Source: an uncultured Chloroflexia bacterium (lineage in GTDB: Bacteria; Chloroflexota; Dehalococcoidia; DSTF01; JALHUB01). Taken from it: a stretch of DNA of 64,000 nucleotides. Both the position numbers and the translations under genes were made by a program. This document shows, piece after piece, positions 10,548 through 19,703 of this stretch (position 1 is the stretch's first letter; each line of letters opens with the position of its first letter). Below the pieces are notes generated by a model. It was given only the letters and a program-made list of their open reading frames with translations, made no database searches and was not told the DNA's origin. Where the stretch lies: NCBI GenBank assembly GCA_963703345.1, contig OY969814.1, positions 672,001 through 736,000 of the forward strand, in the 5' to 3' direction.

Positions 10548-11846
10548 ATGAGACGTTGGCTTCGTGCACCCCTTATTCTCTTCGGGTTGGCCCTGGCGAT
10601 GACGCTGGCTGTTCTGGTCGTTGGCAACAACGGTTCCTCGACCTATGCCCACATCGTCGACTTGGACGGGACCCCCCCCATCGACGCGGGCGACGTTCAC
10701 ATGGAAATCGACATGGACATCTCGGACGGCAACCCCTGCAACCCGGTCGATACGGTGGCCTACCACAAGGCTGGTGACACCTATGTCGTCGCTATCTGTC
10801 TGACCAGCGCCGGCACTGCGGTGGGCGGCGCCAACGGACCGCCGGCCGCCTTCGACTTCCAGGTGATGTACGACAGAAGTCTGGACCAGTGCGTTCCGGG
10901 AGCCGCGGATGCCAATCTCGACGGCAACCCGGACGCCAACATCGGTACGACGTCATTCACGACGCCCAACCTGGGCGATCCCATCAGGTGGGACTGCACT
11001 GCCTCCGGCAACGCGTATCCGACCTGTGACTATGACCCCAGCAACCCGACTCAAGGCACGGCCTATCTCGGCTGCTTCATGGGGAGCGGCACCGCGACCC
11101 TGCCTGCCGGCGACCAGGTCTCAGCGCCCCTCGCCGAAATCACGTTCACAGCCCTGGCAGATGGCACTGATTCCTTGACCTTCGCCGAAGCCACCGAGGC
11201 GGACAAGGGCACGAACCAGAACATAAGCTGCCCGCCCAACGGAGCTGAGTTGAACCGGTGCTTCGACGGGACCAGCATCATCGAAGAGCCCACCGATACC
11301 CCGACGGTCACCGACACCCCGTTGCCGGGGACCGACACACCCACGCCTACGCCGACCGACACGCCCACGCAAACAAACACGCCAACAGCTACCAGCACAC
11401 CCACTGTCACAGATACACCCACTGTCACGGATACACCAACCGTCACGAATACACCAACAGACACCGCGACGCCCACCGATACCCCCACAGTAACCGAAAC
11501 GCCAACAATCACTAATACCCCAACAATCACCAACACCCCAACAATCACAAATACACCCACAATCACACCGACCGGACAAGCTACAGCGCACCATCGAAAC
11601 CCGACCAAAACTCCAACACGCACGGTGACGGCAACAACCGCGCCTCCGGCCAGTCCCGTGGTCGTGCGGACCGCCACGCCCTCCGGCGGCGCGGGACCTT
11701 CCCTCGTCCCTCCGGGCACCGGCGACGGCCCGAGCGGCAGTAGCTTCCCGTGGGTTCTGGCGTTCTTGGCGACCGCAGCCGTGTCGTGCGTGCTGGCCGC
11801 CGGCTTGTATCTCCGGTTTGGCAAGGCGCGTTCCAGAGAACGCTGA
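10548..11846 (+). CDS. Sortase-substrate cohesin-like protein (PPGTGDG, TM, basic tail)
   Basis: ATG 10548 after AGGAGGT; domain nearly identical to the first cohesin-like domain of the 5196 CDS; long PT linker; [10 protein letters not shown], then hydrophobic helix and [10 protein letters not shown]. Confidence 0.8.
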   Translation: MRRWLRAPLILFGLALAMTLAVLVVGNNGSSTYAHIVDLDGTPPIDAGDVHMEIDMDISDGNPCNPVDTVAYHKAGDTYVVAICLTSAGTAVGGANGPPAAFDFQVMYDRSLDQCVPGAADANLDGNPDANIGTTSFTTPNLGDPIRWDCTASGNAYPTCDYDPSNPTQGTAYLGCFMGSGTATLPAGDQVSAPLAEITFTALADGTDSLTFAEATEADKGTNQNISCPPNGAELNRCFDGTSIIEEPTDTPTVTDTPLPGTDTPTPTPTDTPTQTNTPTATSTPTVTDTPTVTDTPTVTNTPTDTATPTDTPTVTETPTITNTPTITNTPTITNTPTITPTGQATAHHRNPTKTPTRTVTATTAPPASPVVVRTATPSGGAGPSLVPPGTGDGPSGSSFPWVLAFLATAAVSCVLAAGLYLRFGKARSRER

Positions 11847-11869
11847 GTCCAATAGATAGCGCGTAGCCC

Positions 11870-11898
11870 AAGAGGGCGACGAGAATCGTCGCCCTCTT
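11870..11898 (+). terminator. Terminator-like hairpin
   Basis: aagagggcgac ... gtcgccctctt followed by a pyrimidine-rich tract. Confidence 0.55.
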
Positions 11899-12139
11899 CT
11901 CTATTGCCCCGCCTCCAACAGCTCCCCTCAAACAGAAAACTGAAAAAAACTGAACTTCAGCGTTGACTTTGCCGCTCTTTATGCGTTATACGTAAGAGGC
12001 TGGTTGTAGTTCAGACGTCGAATCGGCCTGGCGTCTGTAGTTCCTTGTATGTCCTGAGGACCTGGCGGAAGCGTATGTCCGTATGTTCCGCTACTGCACG
12101 GCTCCAGTCGGCTAAATTCTGCAGGAAGTGAGGGAACCA

Positions 12140-13207
12140 ATGAAACGTTGGCACTGGATGTCCTTAGCACTGGTGGGCGGCATCCTTGCCGTCGCACTGA
12201 TCGCTGTTCCCCGACTTGTCGGGGGCACACCACAGCATGCGGCCGCTCAAGAAGGTCCGTTCGTCGCGGTCAACATGGACGTGACAAACGGCACCGGCCC
12301 CTGCGACATCAACCATATGGACGCGACGCGCAACACCGCGCAGGGCGAGACGTACACAGTAGCCGTCTGCTTGGTCAACGCGCTTTCCTCGCCCGCCGCA
12401 TTCCAACTCGATCTCCTATACAACGACCAGCTCAACACCTGCGTTGTGACGCCCGGCGACGGCAACCTGGACTCCAATCCCGACGCCAACGCCGGCACCA
12501 CCCTGTTCCCGATGACCCCGACGCCCTCTCCTGGTCTGGGTCCGGGTTTCGACTGCACCAACGTGGGCTCTGCGCCCCCAAGCTGCGACAATGACACAGC
12601 TACCGGAGCCGGTCACGGCGATGCCCTCCTGGGTTGCTTCCAGGGGAACCCCAACCAAACACCGACTCTCCCTGTCGGCCAGGGAGTGTCAAGCGTGCTT
12701 TTTGAGGTAACTTTCACCGCATCCGGCGTCGGCACGGACACCCTGAGCTTCCTTGAAAGCGGAGCCGTTTCCGCGAAAAACTCCCTCACGTACGTGGATT
12801 GCGGGGTGGAAGGCTCCTGCATCGGTGGCACTGACATCAAGGGCACCGGGAGTACGTCGACACCGCCGCCCACGGCCACATCCACCCCCCCCGCCGCGCC
12901 GACGGCAACGCCGGTCTGCGGCTTTGCGGGCCTTCCCACCTGCACGCCGACGCCCAGGGCCCACACCCCAACGCCGACAACCACTGCCACCGCCACAGCT
13001 GCACCTTCAGGTGGCGGGGCGCCGGCGCCACCGCCGGCCGCGCCTCCCAGCGGCGGAGCTGGAGGCAATGTCAGGCCGCCCAACACAGGCGACGGATCGG
13101 GTACTACGCCCTGGGTCACAAGCCTGGAATGGATAATCGGCGGCGCCATGGTAGTCACACTGACGGGCGGAGCGTTCTATGTCCGCCGCGTCCGTATGCG
13201 ACGATAG
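12140..13207 (+). CDS. Sortase-substrate cohesin-like protein (PPNTGDG, TM, basic tail)
   Basis: Signal peptide; MDVTNG...YTVAVCL...AAFQLDLLYND...DSNPDANAG...LFEVTF, paralogous to the 5196/10548 domain; VRPPNTGDG; TM; RRVRMRR. Confidence 0.8.
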   Translation: MKRWHWMSLALVGGILAVALIAVPRLVGGTPQHAAAQEGPFVAVNMDVTNGTGPCDINHMDATRNTAQGETYTVAVCLVNALSSPAAFQLDLLYNDQLNTCVVTPGDGNLDSNPDANAGTTLFPMTPTPSPGLGPGFDCTNVGSAPPSCDNDTATGAGHGDALLGCFQGNPNQTPTLPVGQGVSSVLFEVTFTASGVGTDTLSFLESGAVSAKNSLTYVDCGVEGSCIGGTDIKGTGSTSTPPPTATSTPPAAPTATPVCGFAGLPTCTPTPRAHTPTPTTTATATAAPSGGGAPAPPPAAPPSGGAGGNVRPPNTGDGSGTTPWVTSLEWIIGGAMVVTLTGGAFYVRRVRMRR

Positions 13208-13330
13208 AACGCGGAGAGAAGACAAAGTTGTCTACTGGTCTGCTCTCCTCAAGCGCCGAGACAAACGCCCACCCGGCGGTCCAGGGGCCGCAGGGGGCAC
13301 AGGAATAAGAAGAAAAGGGGGAAGCGAGCT

Positions 13331-15043
13331 ATGAAATACTGGAAGACCGGCTTGTTGATGGCGATTCCGGCACTGGCATTGGTGCTGTTTGGACTCAACC
13401 TGCGCCCGCCCGCCGCTCAAGCCACCGTAACGAGCGTCATCACCATAACAAAGACCAATTGCCTCACTCTTACCGGCAACGTCAACTGGAACGGCAACGA
13501 CCTCATCGATGTTGATGATGGGGCGGCGGGTCTCTCCGTGTGCAGTAACCTGGACCTTGAAGCCAACTTCAGGGTCCTGACCAGGGTCCTCAATGGGGAC
13601 CAAGACAATCCCCAACCGTCCGACTTCGCGAAGATCGACCTGGACGGCGGCCAAGCGCACGAGGTGGACGGCGATGTCTTCGTTGTCGCCTTCGTCAGTA
13701 GCGACGATCCCGTCGGTTTCTACGCTGACAACGGCGGCTTCGAGGACAGCCACACTCACGCATCCTTTGCCCTATGCGGCAAGCCCGGCGATCCGGCCAT
13801 CGACTTCTCGGACCCTGATTGCGACAAGACCGGGAGCACAATCGGCGATGGTGTAGTCGTCGCCCAATGGAAGCCGAACGGTGCGCCCCGCGGCGCTGGC
13901 GAGTTCCGCGTTCGCCAGGCCGGCAGGGAGATTGCAGCGCCTTACACAATCGTCGGCGAACCCGACCACATCTCGATCAAGGCGTTCGATACCGCCATTC
14001 AGACTGGCGCTCCCGCCTGCGAGCTCTTCAGCGACACGCCGACGTTCCTCGCGGCCGTGACGGAGCCTGAGACTACCCCGATCGTCGCCACCGTCACCGA
14101 CAGCGACGGCACTTCCATCACCGGCGCTCTCGTGACGTACAAGGTGGACGATCCGGATATGGCCTCGCTCGTCATACCATCCACGCTGCGAATTCCTCTA
14201 ACCCCAAGCCTTGACTTGCAGGCGCTGGGTTTCGGCTCGCCGGAGGTGCTTTGCGGCGGCGAAAAGACCGGAACCGTGAAGATCACGGCCACCCTCACCA
14301 CGGGAGAGAACGTTCTTCCATCGCAACTCGCTCTCGACCCCAACGCCAAAATACGTAGTGCCTCCATGACCCTGCCGGTGCAGAGTGAGCCTGTCGCGAT
14401 GACGCTCAGCGCCATTCCGCCCAGCCTCGTCTGCGATGGCACCGCCACCTCTGACGTGTCGGCCAACCTGACCGACGACAACCAGAAGGCAGTTGTCAAC
14501 GGCAACCTTGTGCAATACACGGTGAAGGCGCTGGGCAGCGTCAACCCGATCGAGGCAAGGTCGACCGATGGCGTTGCCAAGACCACCCTGACGCCGCTTT
14601 CCGGCGCGATCAACGGCGTCCTCGTTCGTGCCACCTGGATGCGGCACGTGACAAAGGGGGCCACCCCAACGCCGGTGTTCACCCCCCTGGCACCCACGTC
14701 CACCCCCGCGCCGAATATCGGCACACCTGGGCCTGGCACGCCGACCCCCGTTGCAACCAGCACCCAGGTGCCAGTGCAGACGCCGGCTCCCATCGAAACG
14801 CCGGAACCGACTGAGCTGAAATTCGTGGCCTCGGGCCTGGAACAGAGTTTCCTTGTGAACTGTGACCAGAACCCCGCCACCGTCGGCGAGCTGCCGGCGG
14901 GCGCCCCGGGCGCGGTCATCGCACCGCCGCGCACCGGCAGCGGCGGCAGCGAGCCTTCATCCTGGCTCGTAGCCCTGCCGCTGGGCGCCGTCGTCATCTT
15001 GGCATTCGGCTCCGGCCTCGCTCTGAAGAGGCGCAGAGCCTAA
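13331..15043 (+). CDS. Sortase-substrate surface protein with Big_1-like Ig domains (PPRTGSG, TM, KRRRA)
   Basis: Signal peptide; IVATVTDSDG and VCDG..SDVSANLTD...VNGNLVQY...TDGVAKTTLTP invasin-type Ig motifs; C-terminal sorting signal. Confidence 0.75.
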   Translation: MKYWKTGLLMAIPALALVLFGLNLRPPAAQATVTSVITITKTNCLTLTGNVNWNGNDLIDVDDGAAGLSVCSNLDLEANFRVLTRVLNGDQDNPQPSDFAKIDLDGGQAHEVDGDVFVVAFVSSDDPVGFYADNGGFEDSHTHASFALCGKPGDPAIDFSDPDCDKTGSTIGDGVVVAQWKPNGAPRGAGEFRVRQAGREIAAPYTIVGEPDHISIKAFDTAIQTGAPACELFSDTPTFLAAVTEPETTPIVATVTDSDGTSITGALVTYKVDDPDMASLVIPSTLRIPLTPSLDLQALGFGSPEVLCGGEKTGTVKITATLTTGENVLPSQLALDPNAKIRSASMTLPVQSEPVAMTLSAIPPSLVCDGTATSDVSANLTDDNQKAVVNGNLVQYTVKALGSVNPIEARSTDGVAKTTLTPLSGAINGVLVRATWMRHVTKGATPTPVFTPLAPTSTPAPNIGTPGPGTPTPVATSTQVPVQTPAPIETPEPTELKFVASGLEQSFLVNCDQNPATVGELPAGAPGAVIAPPRTGSGGSEPSSWLVALPLGAVVILAFGSGLALKRRRA

Positions 15044-15076
15044 GCGCCGAACGGGCGCCAAATCCGTAAGTCAACG

Positions 15077-15108
15077 CGATCCCCCTCCCCCAATCGGGAG
15101 GGGGATCG
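15077..15108. terminator. Intergenic hairpin
   Basis: cgatccccctccc ... gggagggggatcg. Confidence 0.55.
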
Positions 15109-15479
15109 GCGTGAGCGAGCGCGGGATCGCCGAATCTTTGTCGGCAAGCATTAACCTTTTCGTTTTTGCCGCGTTATAACGATCAGCACAAGGCCTGCTA
15201 GACAGCGCCCGAGCGTATGGCGCCTGCCCTGTGGGCGCCGCAGCCCGCCGAGGGCGAACAGGACGTCGCGGTGGGCAGGGAACGCGGATGAGCTCGAAGA
15301 AAGGAGGTAAGGCAACGAGAAAGGTTCCGCTACGCTAGCGTGTCGTCTTCGGCGTCGTCGAATAAGTCTCGGCCGAGGGCGACGCAGGAAGCGAATGCCA
15401 GACAGATCGGAACAAGGACTTGGGAAGAGAGAAACCTATCACAGTAGAAACAAAGGCACGGAACAAGGAGGATTCCTGA

Positions 15480-17135
15480 ATGAAGAAGTTTGCAATACTG
15501 GCGGGTCTGATGAGCCTGGCCCTTGTCATCGGCGTGGCCGGCTCCTCATTCCACCCCGGCAAGGCCCAGGCCAAGCCGACCGACGTCATAGCCATAAACC
15601 CTGACGTCTGCTTCTCTATCCTGAACCAGTTCACTAACCCCGTAGCAGCTGATGCCTGCTACCACCTGGACGATCCGGCCGAACTCGCGATCGTCGCGGA
15701 CGTTCTTGGCGGCGACGTCAACAACGTCGACACCTACAAGGACCTGGTGGACGCCAGTGACGCCCAGTTGGGCGAAGACGCCACGGATGCCACGTGCACC
15801 ACCGACGGCACCGTCGCTCCGTGTACCCTAACAGCTTCAACACCTTTCCAGGTCCGATACAATAGCCAGGCCATGTGGGTCCTCAACTTTGTCACGAACG
15901 ATGACCTGCTGACCGAGGACGCGGACCAGGGCGTATGGCTCTCCACCTCCCCTCTCATCGACGCTACTGAAACCCTGTCCTCCACTCAGAACAAATGCCC
16001 CTTCGCCGACGCCGACTGTGACGCGAACGCCGCTACTGTCGGTGACGGCGTCGTCGCTGACCTCCTCTTCTCCGGAAGCAACAGCGGCGACAACACACTG
16101 GACAGGGGCGACGCTCAGGCTGTCAACACCCAGTCCGGTGTCGACGTGACCCTCGACTACACGGTCGTGGGCGCACCAGACGACTTCACTCTCCAGGCCC
16201 TCGAGAGCACCCTGCAGAGTAACGGCGGCACCTGTGAGCTGCCCAGCTACCACGACGCCGCGGCCTTCACCGCCATTACTGGCCAGCCCGACGTCGCGGG
16301 CATGCTCGGTACGGTCGTTGACGACGACAACACTAAGCTCACCGGCATCTGGGTTGGCTGGCTCAGCAGCGACACGGACAAAGTCGAAGTCGCCCTGAAC
16401 ACCGGCACCCGTAATTCCGATGGGGACATGGTTGGCAGGTTCGAAGCCACGGCAACCATCGCCTCGGGCACAGTCGTCGCCGCGCCTAACCTGGCCTGCG
16501 GCGAAGACGCGGGCGACGCCACTATGGACGCCGGGGTCTTAGCCAACCCCATTTTGGCTTCGACCCTCGACTCCGACAACGAGGCCGACCTCCTTGACCC
16601 GGACGACTCCGCTGACCTGACCGTTATCGGTGGCCCGTCGACGATGACGCTTGCCGTTGTCCCGACGCAGGTCACCTGCGACGGAGTCACCAGCGCCGAG
16701 GTCGATGCCACGGTCCTCAACAGCGCTGGCAAGCCGGTCGGCGCGGGCAACAAAGTGCGGTTTGACGTCGTTGCTCTGGGAACGGCAAGCCCCATCACCG
16801 CCATGACCGACGACAAGGGAGTGGCCACGACAAAAGTCACGCCGCTTTCGGGAGTCACAGCCGGAGTGACGGTAATAGCTACCGTTGAGACTCAGACAGT
16901 CTTACTGAACGACGATCTCGAGGGGTCGGTTACCGTCGGTGTCGGCGATGCCTCGCACGACTACGACGTGACTGACAATCTCGAGTTGGCCAGGACTGAC
17001 GTCAGCACCACTGACGTCGATGCCAACGCTCTCGTCTCCTGCGCCCCCGCACCTGCGACCGCGGTGCCGGGTGGTGGAGGAGCAGGAACCGGAGTTACCC
17101 CGCCGCGAACTGGCGACGGCGGCTACCTGCCCTAG
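15480..17135 (+). CDS. Acidic surface protein, paralogue of 13331, ending PPRTGDGGYLP with no TM helix
   Basis: RBS AAGGAGG; signal peptide; shared DxDCD...TxGDGVV, YT(V/I)VGxPD and TCDG...VALG..SP...TT.VTPLSG motifs. Confidence 0.8.
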   Translation: MKKFAILAGLMSLALVIGVAGSSFHPGKAQAKPTDVIAINPDVCFSILNQFTNPVAADACYHLDDPAELAIVADVLGGDVNNVDTYKDLVDASDAQLGEDATDATCTTDGTVAPCTLTASTPFQVRYNSQAMWVLNFVTNDDLLTEDADQGVWLSTSPLIDATETLSSTQNKCPFADADCDANAATVGDGVVADLLFSGSNSGDNTLDRGDAQAVNTQSGVDVTLDYTVVGAPDDFTLQALESTLQSNGGTCELPSYHDAAAFTAITGQPDVAGMLGTVVDDDNTKLTGIWVGWLSSDTDKVEVALNTGTRNSDGDMVGRFEATATIASGTVVAAPNLACGEDAGDATMDAGVLANPILASTLDSDNEADLLDPDDSADLTVIGGPSTMTLAVVPTQVTCDGVTSAEVDATVLNSAGKPVGAGNKVRFDVVALGTASPITAMTDDKGVATTKVTPLSGVTAGVTVIATVETQTVLLNDDLEGSVTVGVGDASHDYDVTDNLELARTDVSTTDVDANALVSCAPAPATAVPGGGGAGTGVTPPRTGDGGYLP

Positions 17136-17161
17136 GGCAGACATCCACAAGCGAAGTTAAC

Positions 17162-17191
17162 CTGGGGGCCCTGAGCAATCGGGGCCCCCAG
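17162..17191 (+). terminator. GC-rich hairpin after the 15480 CDS
   Basis: ctgggggccc-tga gcaa tcg-gggcccccag. Confidence 0.55.
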
Positions 17192-17277
17192 CGCTCTAAG
17201 GGAATCGATGAGTCGTTCCGCAGTCACAGAGCACCGGCCGCGCGGCGCCAGCCAGGCACAGCGGCCTTGCGCCAAGC

Positions 17278-17305
17278 TTGACCATCGCGCCAGCGGCGCT
17301 ACAAT
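17278..17305 (+). promoter_or_regulatory. Candidate sigma70 promoter of the sortase operon
   Basis: TTGACC-16 nt-TACAAT. Confidence 0.45.
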
Positions 17306-17440
17306 TGAATCAGCCTGTCTGCCGCTTCCCGTTGGACCGGCAGCCGGAAAGCCTGCCTGTACGGCCTGCCTGTTCATCCGCCTCTCAAGGAAGGGTAGGC
17401 AGGGTGGTGGAGGAAGAGCTCTCATCCAAGAGGTAAGCAG

Positions 17441-18184
17441 ATGAACCGAATTGCCCTACCACGCTCGCGTCTTCTCTTGTTCGGTGCCCCTGTCGTTCTA
17501 CTGTTCGTCATCGCCATCATCGCTGTCGGTGTCGCCCGCAGCGGCGGCAGTAGCAGCGCCAAGATAGGCGGCAGCCCGACAGCCAACTCCGCCGGCCTCC
17601 TCAGCGAAGGCATCGACCAGCAACAGCAGCTCGATCCCAGCCTGCTCGCCAACCGCCAGAGCGCCAGCGGCCTCTCCGGCACAAACCCGGACGCGCCTGT
17701 GCCCGGCACCGGCGAGGGCGACCGCCTGCTAATCCCGGCCATCGACGTCAACGCCGCCCTTTCGATGCGCGCCGTCACGCCGGGAACGAACGGCGCCACT
17801 GACATGCCCAACCCGGATGGGCCGAACGACGTCGTCTGGTACGACTTCTCCGCTTTCCCCGGCCTGGGCGGCAGGCCCGGCGTCGGCGGCAACTCCGTCC
17901 TCTCCGGCCACGTCGACTACCATGACTACGGGCCGGCGGTCTTCTGGGACCTGAGGAAACTCACGGAAGGCTCGGAGATCACTATCCAACTCCGCGACGG
18001 AAGCTCTTACCACTACGCGGTCCAGTGGAACCGCGTAGTCGATCCCGCTTCCACCTCCTGGAACGACATCGTCGCCGCGACTCCGCAGGAATCGCTGACA
18101 ATCATCACCTGCGCCGGCACCTTCGACTCCTCAACTCGCTCCTATGACGAGCGCCGCGTCGTCTGGGCCGTGCGCACCGGCTAG
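17441..18184 (+). CDS. Class F sortase 1
   Basis: N-terminal TM; RLLIPAIDVNA; VVWY; GNSVLSGHVDY (His); LTIITCAG (Cys); ERRVV (Arg). Confidence 0.9.
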   Translation: MNRIALPRSRLLLFGAPVVLLFVIAIIAVGVARSGGSSSAKIGGSPTANSAGLLSEGIDQQQQLDPSLLANRQSASGLSGTNPDAPVPGTGEGDRLLIPAIDVNAALSMRAVTPGTNGATDMPNPDGPNDVVWYDFSAFPGLGGRPGVGGNSVLSGHVDYHDYGPAVFWDLRKLTEGSEITIQLRDGSSYHYAVQWNRVVDPASTSWNDIVAATPQESLTIITCAGTFDSSTRSYDERRVVWAVRTG

Positions 18185-18193
18185 AGGTGGGAA

Positions 18194-18856
18194 ATGAGTG
18201 GTGGCGGAGGTCCCGTCCGAATACCCCGTCGTTTGCCCCGCTGGAGCCCGTTGCTGGCTTCCGGTATAGCTCTTGCCGCTGCCGGTGTCTTCATCCTGCT
18301 CGTCTCGCTGGCGCACGTGGACGTTCCCGCGGCCGGCGAAGACGCCTTCTCGAACGACTCCGTCCCGTCGCCCGCCGCTTCGCCCACGTCAGTCGCCCAG
18401 GTCGACCGCCTCGTCATCCCAGCCATAAGCCTCGACGCGCCTGTAACGCCGAAAGCGGTGGACGGTGACGGCCAGATGCCTTCGCCTGACGGCCCCCAGC
18501 AGGTCGTCTTCTACGACTTCTCCGCCTGGCCCGGCCTCGGCGGCAGCCCGGGCGAGGGCGGCAATACCGTTCTTGCCGGCCACGTCGATTACCACGACTA
18601 CGGACCGGCCGTCTTCGCGAAGCTGAACGACCTCAGGGAAGGGGATCGGATTACAGTCCGACTTCGCGACGGCACCGAATACGAATACACCACGCAGTCT
18701 AATCGCGTCGTCAACCCGTCCTCCACGTCCTTCGACGAGATCGTCGCCGCCACGCCGGAAGAATCACTCACCCTGATTACCTGCGCCGGCGCCTTCGATT
18801 CGAGCACGCACCAATACGACGAGAGGCGTATAGTATGGGCCGTTCGCGCAGGCTAA
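18194..18856 (+). CDS. Class F sortase 2
   Basis: TM; GNTVLAGHVDY; LTLITCAG; YDERRIV. Confidence 0.9.
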   Translation: MSGGGGPVRIPRRLPRWSPLLASGIALAAAGVFILLVSLAHVDVPAAGEDAFSNDSVPSPAASPTSVAQVDRLVIPAISLDAPVTPKAVDGDGQMPSPDGPQQVVFYDFSAWPGLGGSPGEGGNTVLAGHVDYHDYGPAVFAKLNDLREGDRITVRLRDGTEYEYTTQSNRVVNPSSTSFDEIVAATPEESLTLITCAGAFDSSTHQYDERRIVWAVRAG

Positions 18857-19632
18857 TAGCTTCCCTGAGGCGGACACGAAGGCGCACCGTCGAGCTCTTC
18901 CGGCGCTATCCGCGTGTTGCCTTCCCCGTTAGCGGCACCGTCGCTTTCGGTCTCGTGGCCCTCGCCGTCTTCGTCGTCCTCGTTCTCACCCCGGGCGGCG
19001 GCTCCTCCTCGAGCAGCGACGTCCTCGCCGACAGCACCACAGCTACGCCCGACTCGACGCTGACGCCGACTCCCACGGCCACCCCTACGACTGCGCCCGA
19101 CGCCATTGAGGCCGCCGCAGCGCCGTCGTCCGCCGGCTCGAGCGCCCAGGGCTCGTCCTCAGAAGGCCCGGCGTCGGATAGCGGCATGCGCTTCAAGATC
19201 CCGTCCATCGGCGTCGACGCCCCCGTCACCATTCGCGTCATGGGCAGCGACGGCGTCATGGGCGAGCCCAACGGCCGCTTCGACGTCGTCTGGTACGACT
19301 TCAGCGCTTTCCCGGGCATGGGCGGCTACCCGGGCTCCGGTGGCAACGCCGTCTTCGCCGGTCACGTCGACTACCATCCGCACTACGAGGCCGTCCTCTG
19401 GGACCTTCATCTCGTCGGACCCGGCGACCTCATCGAAATCGACCTTCCCGACGGCACGCCCATCCGCTACTCCGTGCAGTGGAGCAAGCAGATCGGCGAC
19501 GACGAAGACTTCAGCACCTATGTCAGCCAGACCGGCGAGGACCTCATAACCATCGTGACCTGCCAGGGAACGTTCAACTCTGCCACCCATAACTATGACC
19601 ACCGCCTCGTCGTCCGCGGCATACGCCAGTGA
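18835..19632 (+). CDS. Class F sortase 3
   Basis: TM; PT/S linker; GNAVFAGHVDY; ITIVTCQG; YDHRLVV. Start uncertain. Confidence 0.88.
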   Translation: MGRSRRLIASLRRTRRRTVELFRRYPRVAFPVSGTVAFGLVALAVFVVLVLTPGGGSSSSSDVLADSTTATPDSTLTPTPTATPTTAPDAIEAAAAPSSAGSSAQGSSSEGPASDSGMRFKIPSIGVDAPVTIRVMGSDGVMGEPNGRFDVVWYDFSAFPGMGGYPGSGGNAVFAGHVDYHPHYEAVLWDLHLVGPGDLIEIDLPDGTPIRYSVQWSKQIGDDEDFSTYVSQTGEDLITIVTCQGTFNSATHNYDHRLVVRGIRQ

Positions 19633-19703
19633 GAAGCCCTCTAGTGCCACCCCAGGAGCTCCGATAGAATGAAACAAGTGAACAAGCGGGACATGGCAGT
19701 GCT

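Noticed and set aside
1-17135. Classical cellulosome or sortase-assembled pilus
   Set aside because: No glycoside hydrolase, CBM or YPKN pilin motif seen, and the sortases have class F rather than class C signatures.
17133-17175. Amber read-through restoring a TM anchor to the 15480 protein
   Set aside because: The read-through peptide is short, hydrophilic and runs into a hairpin.
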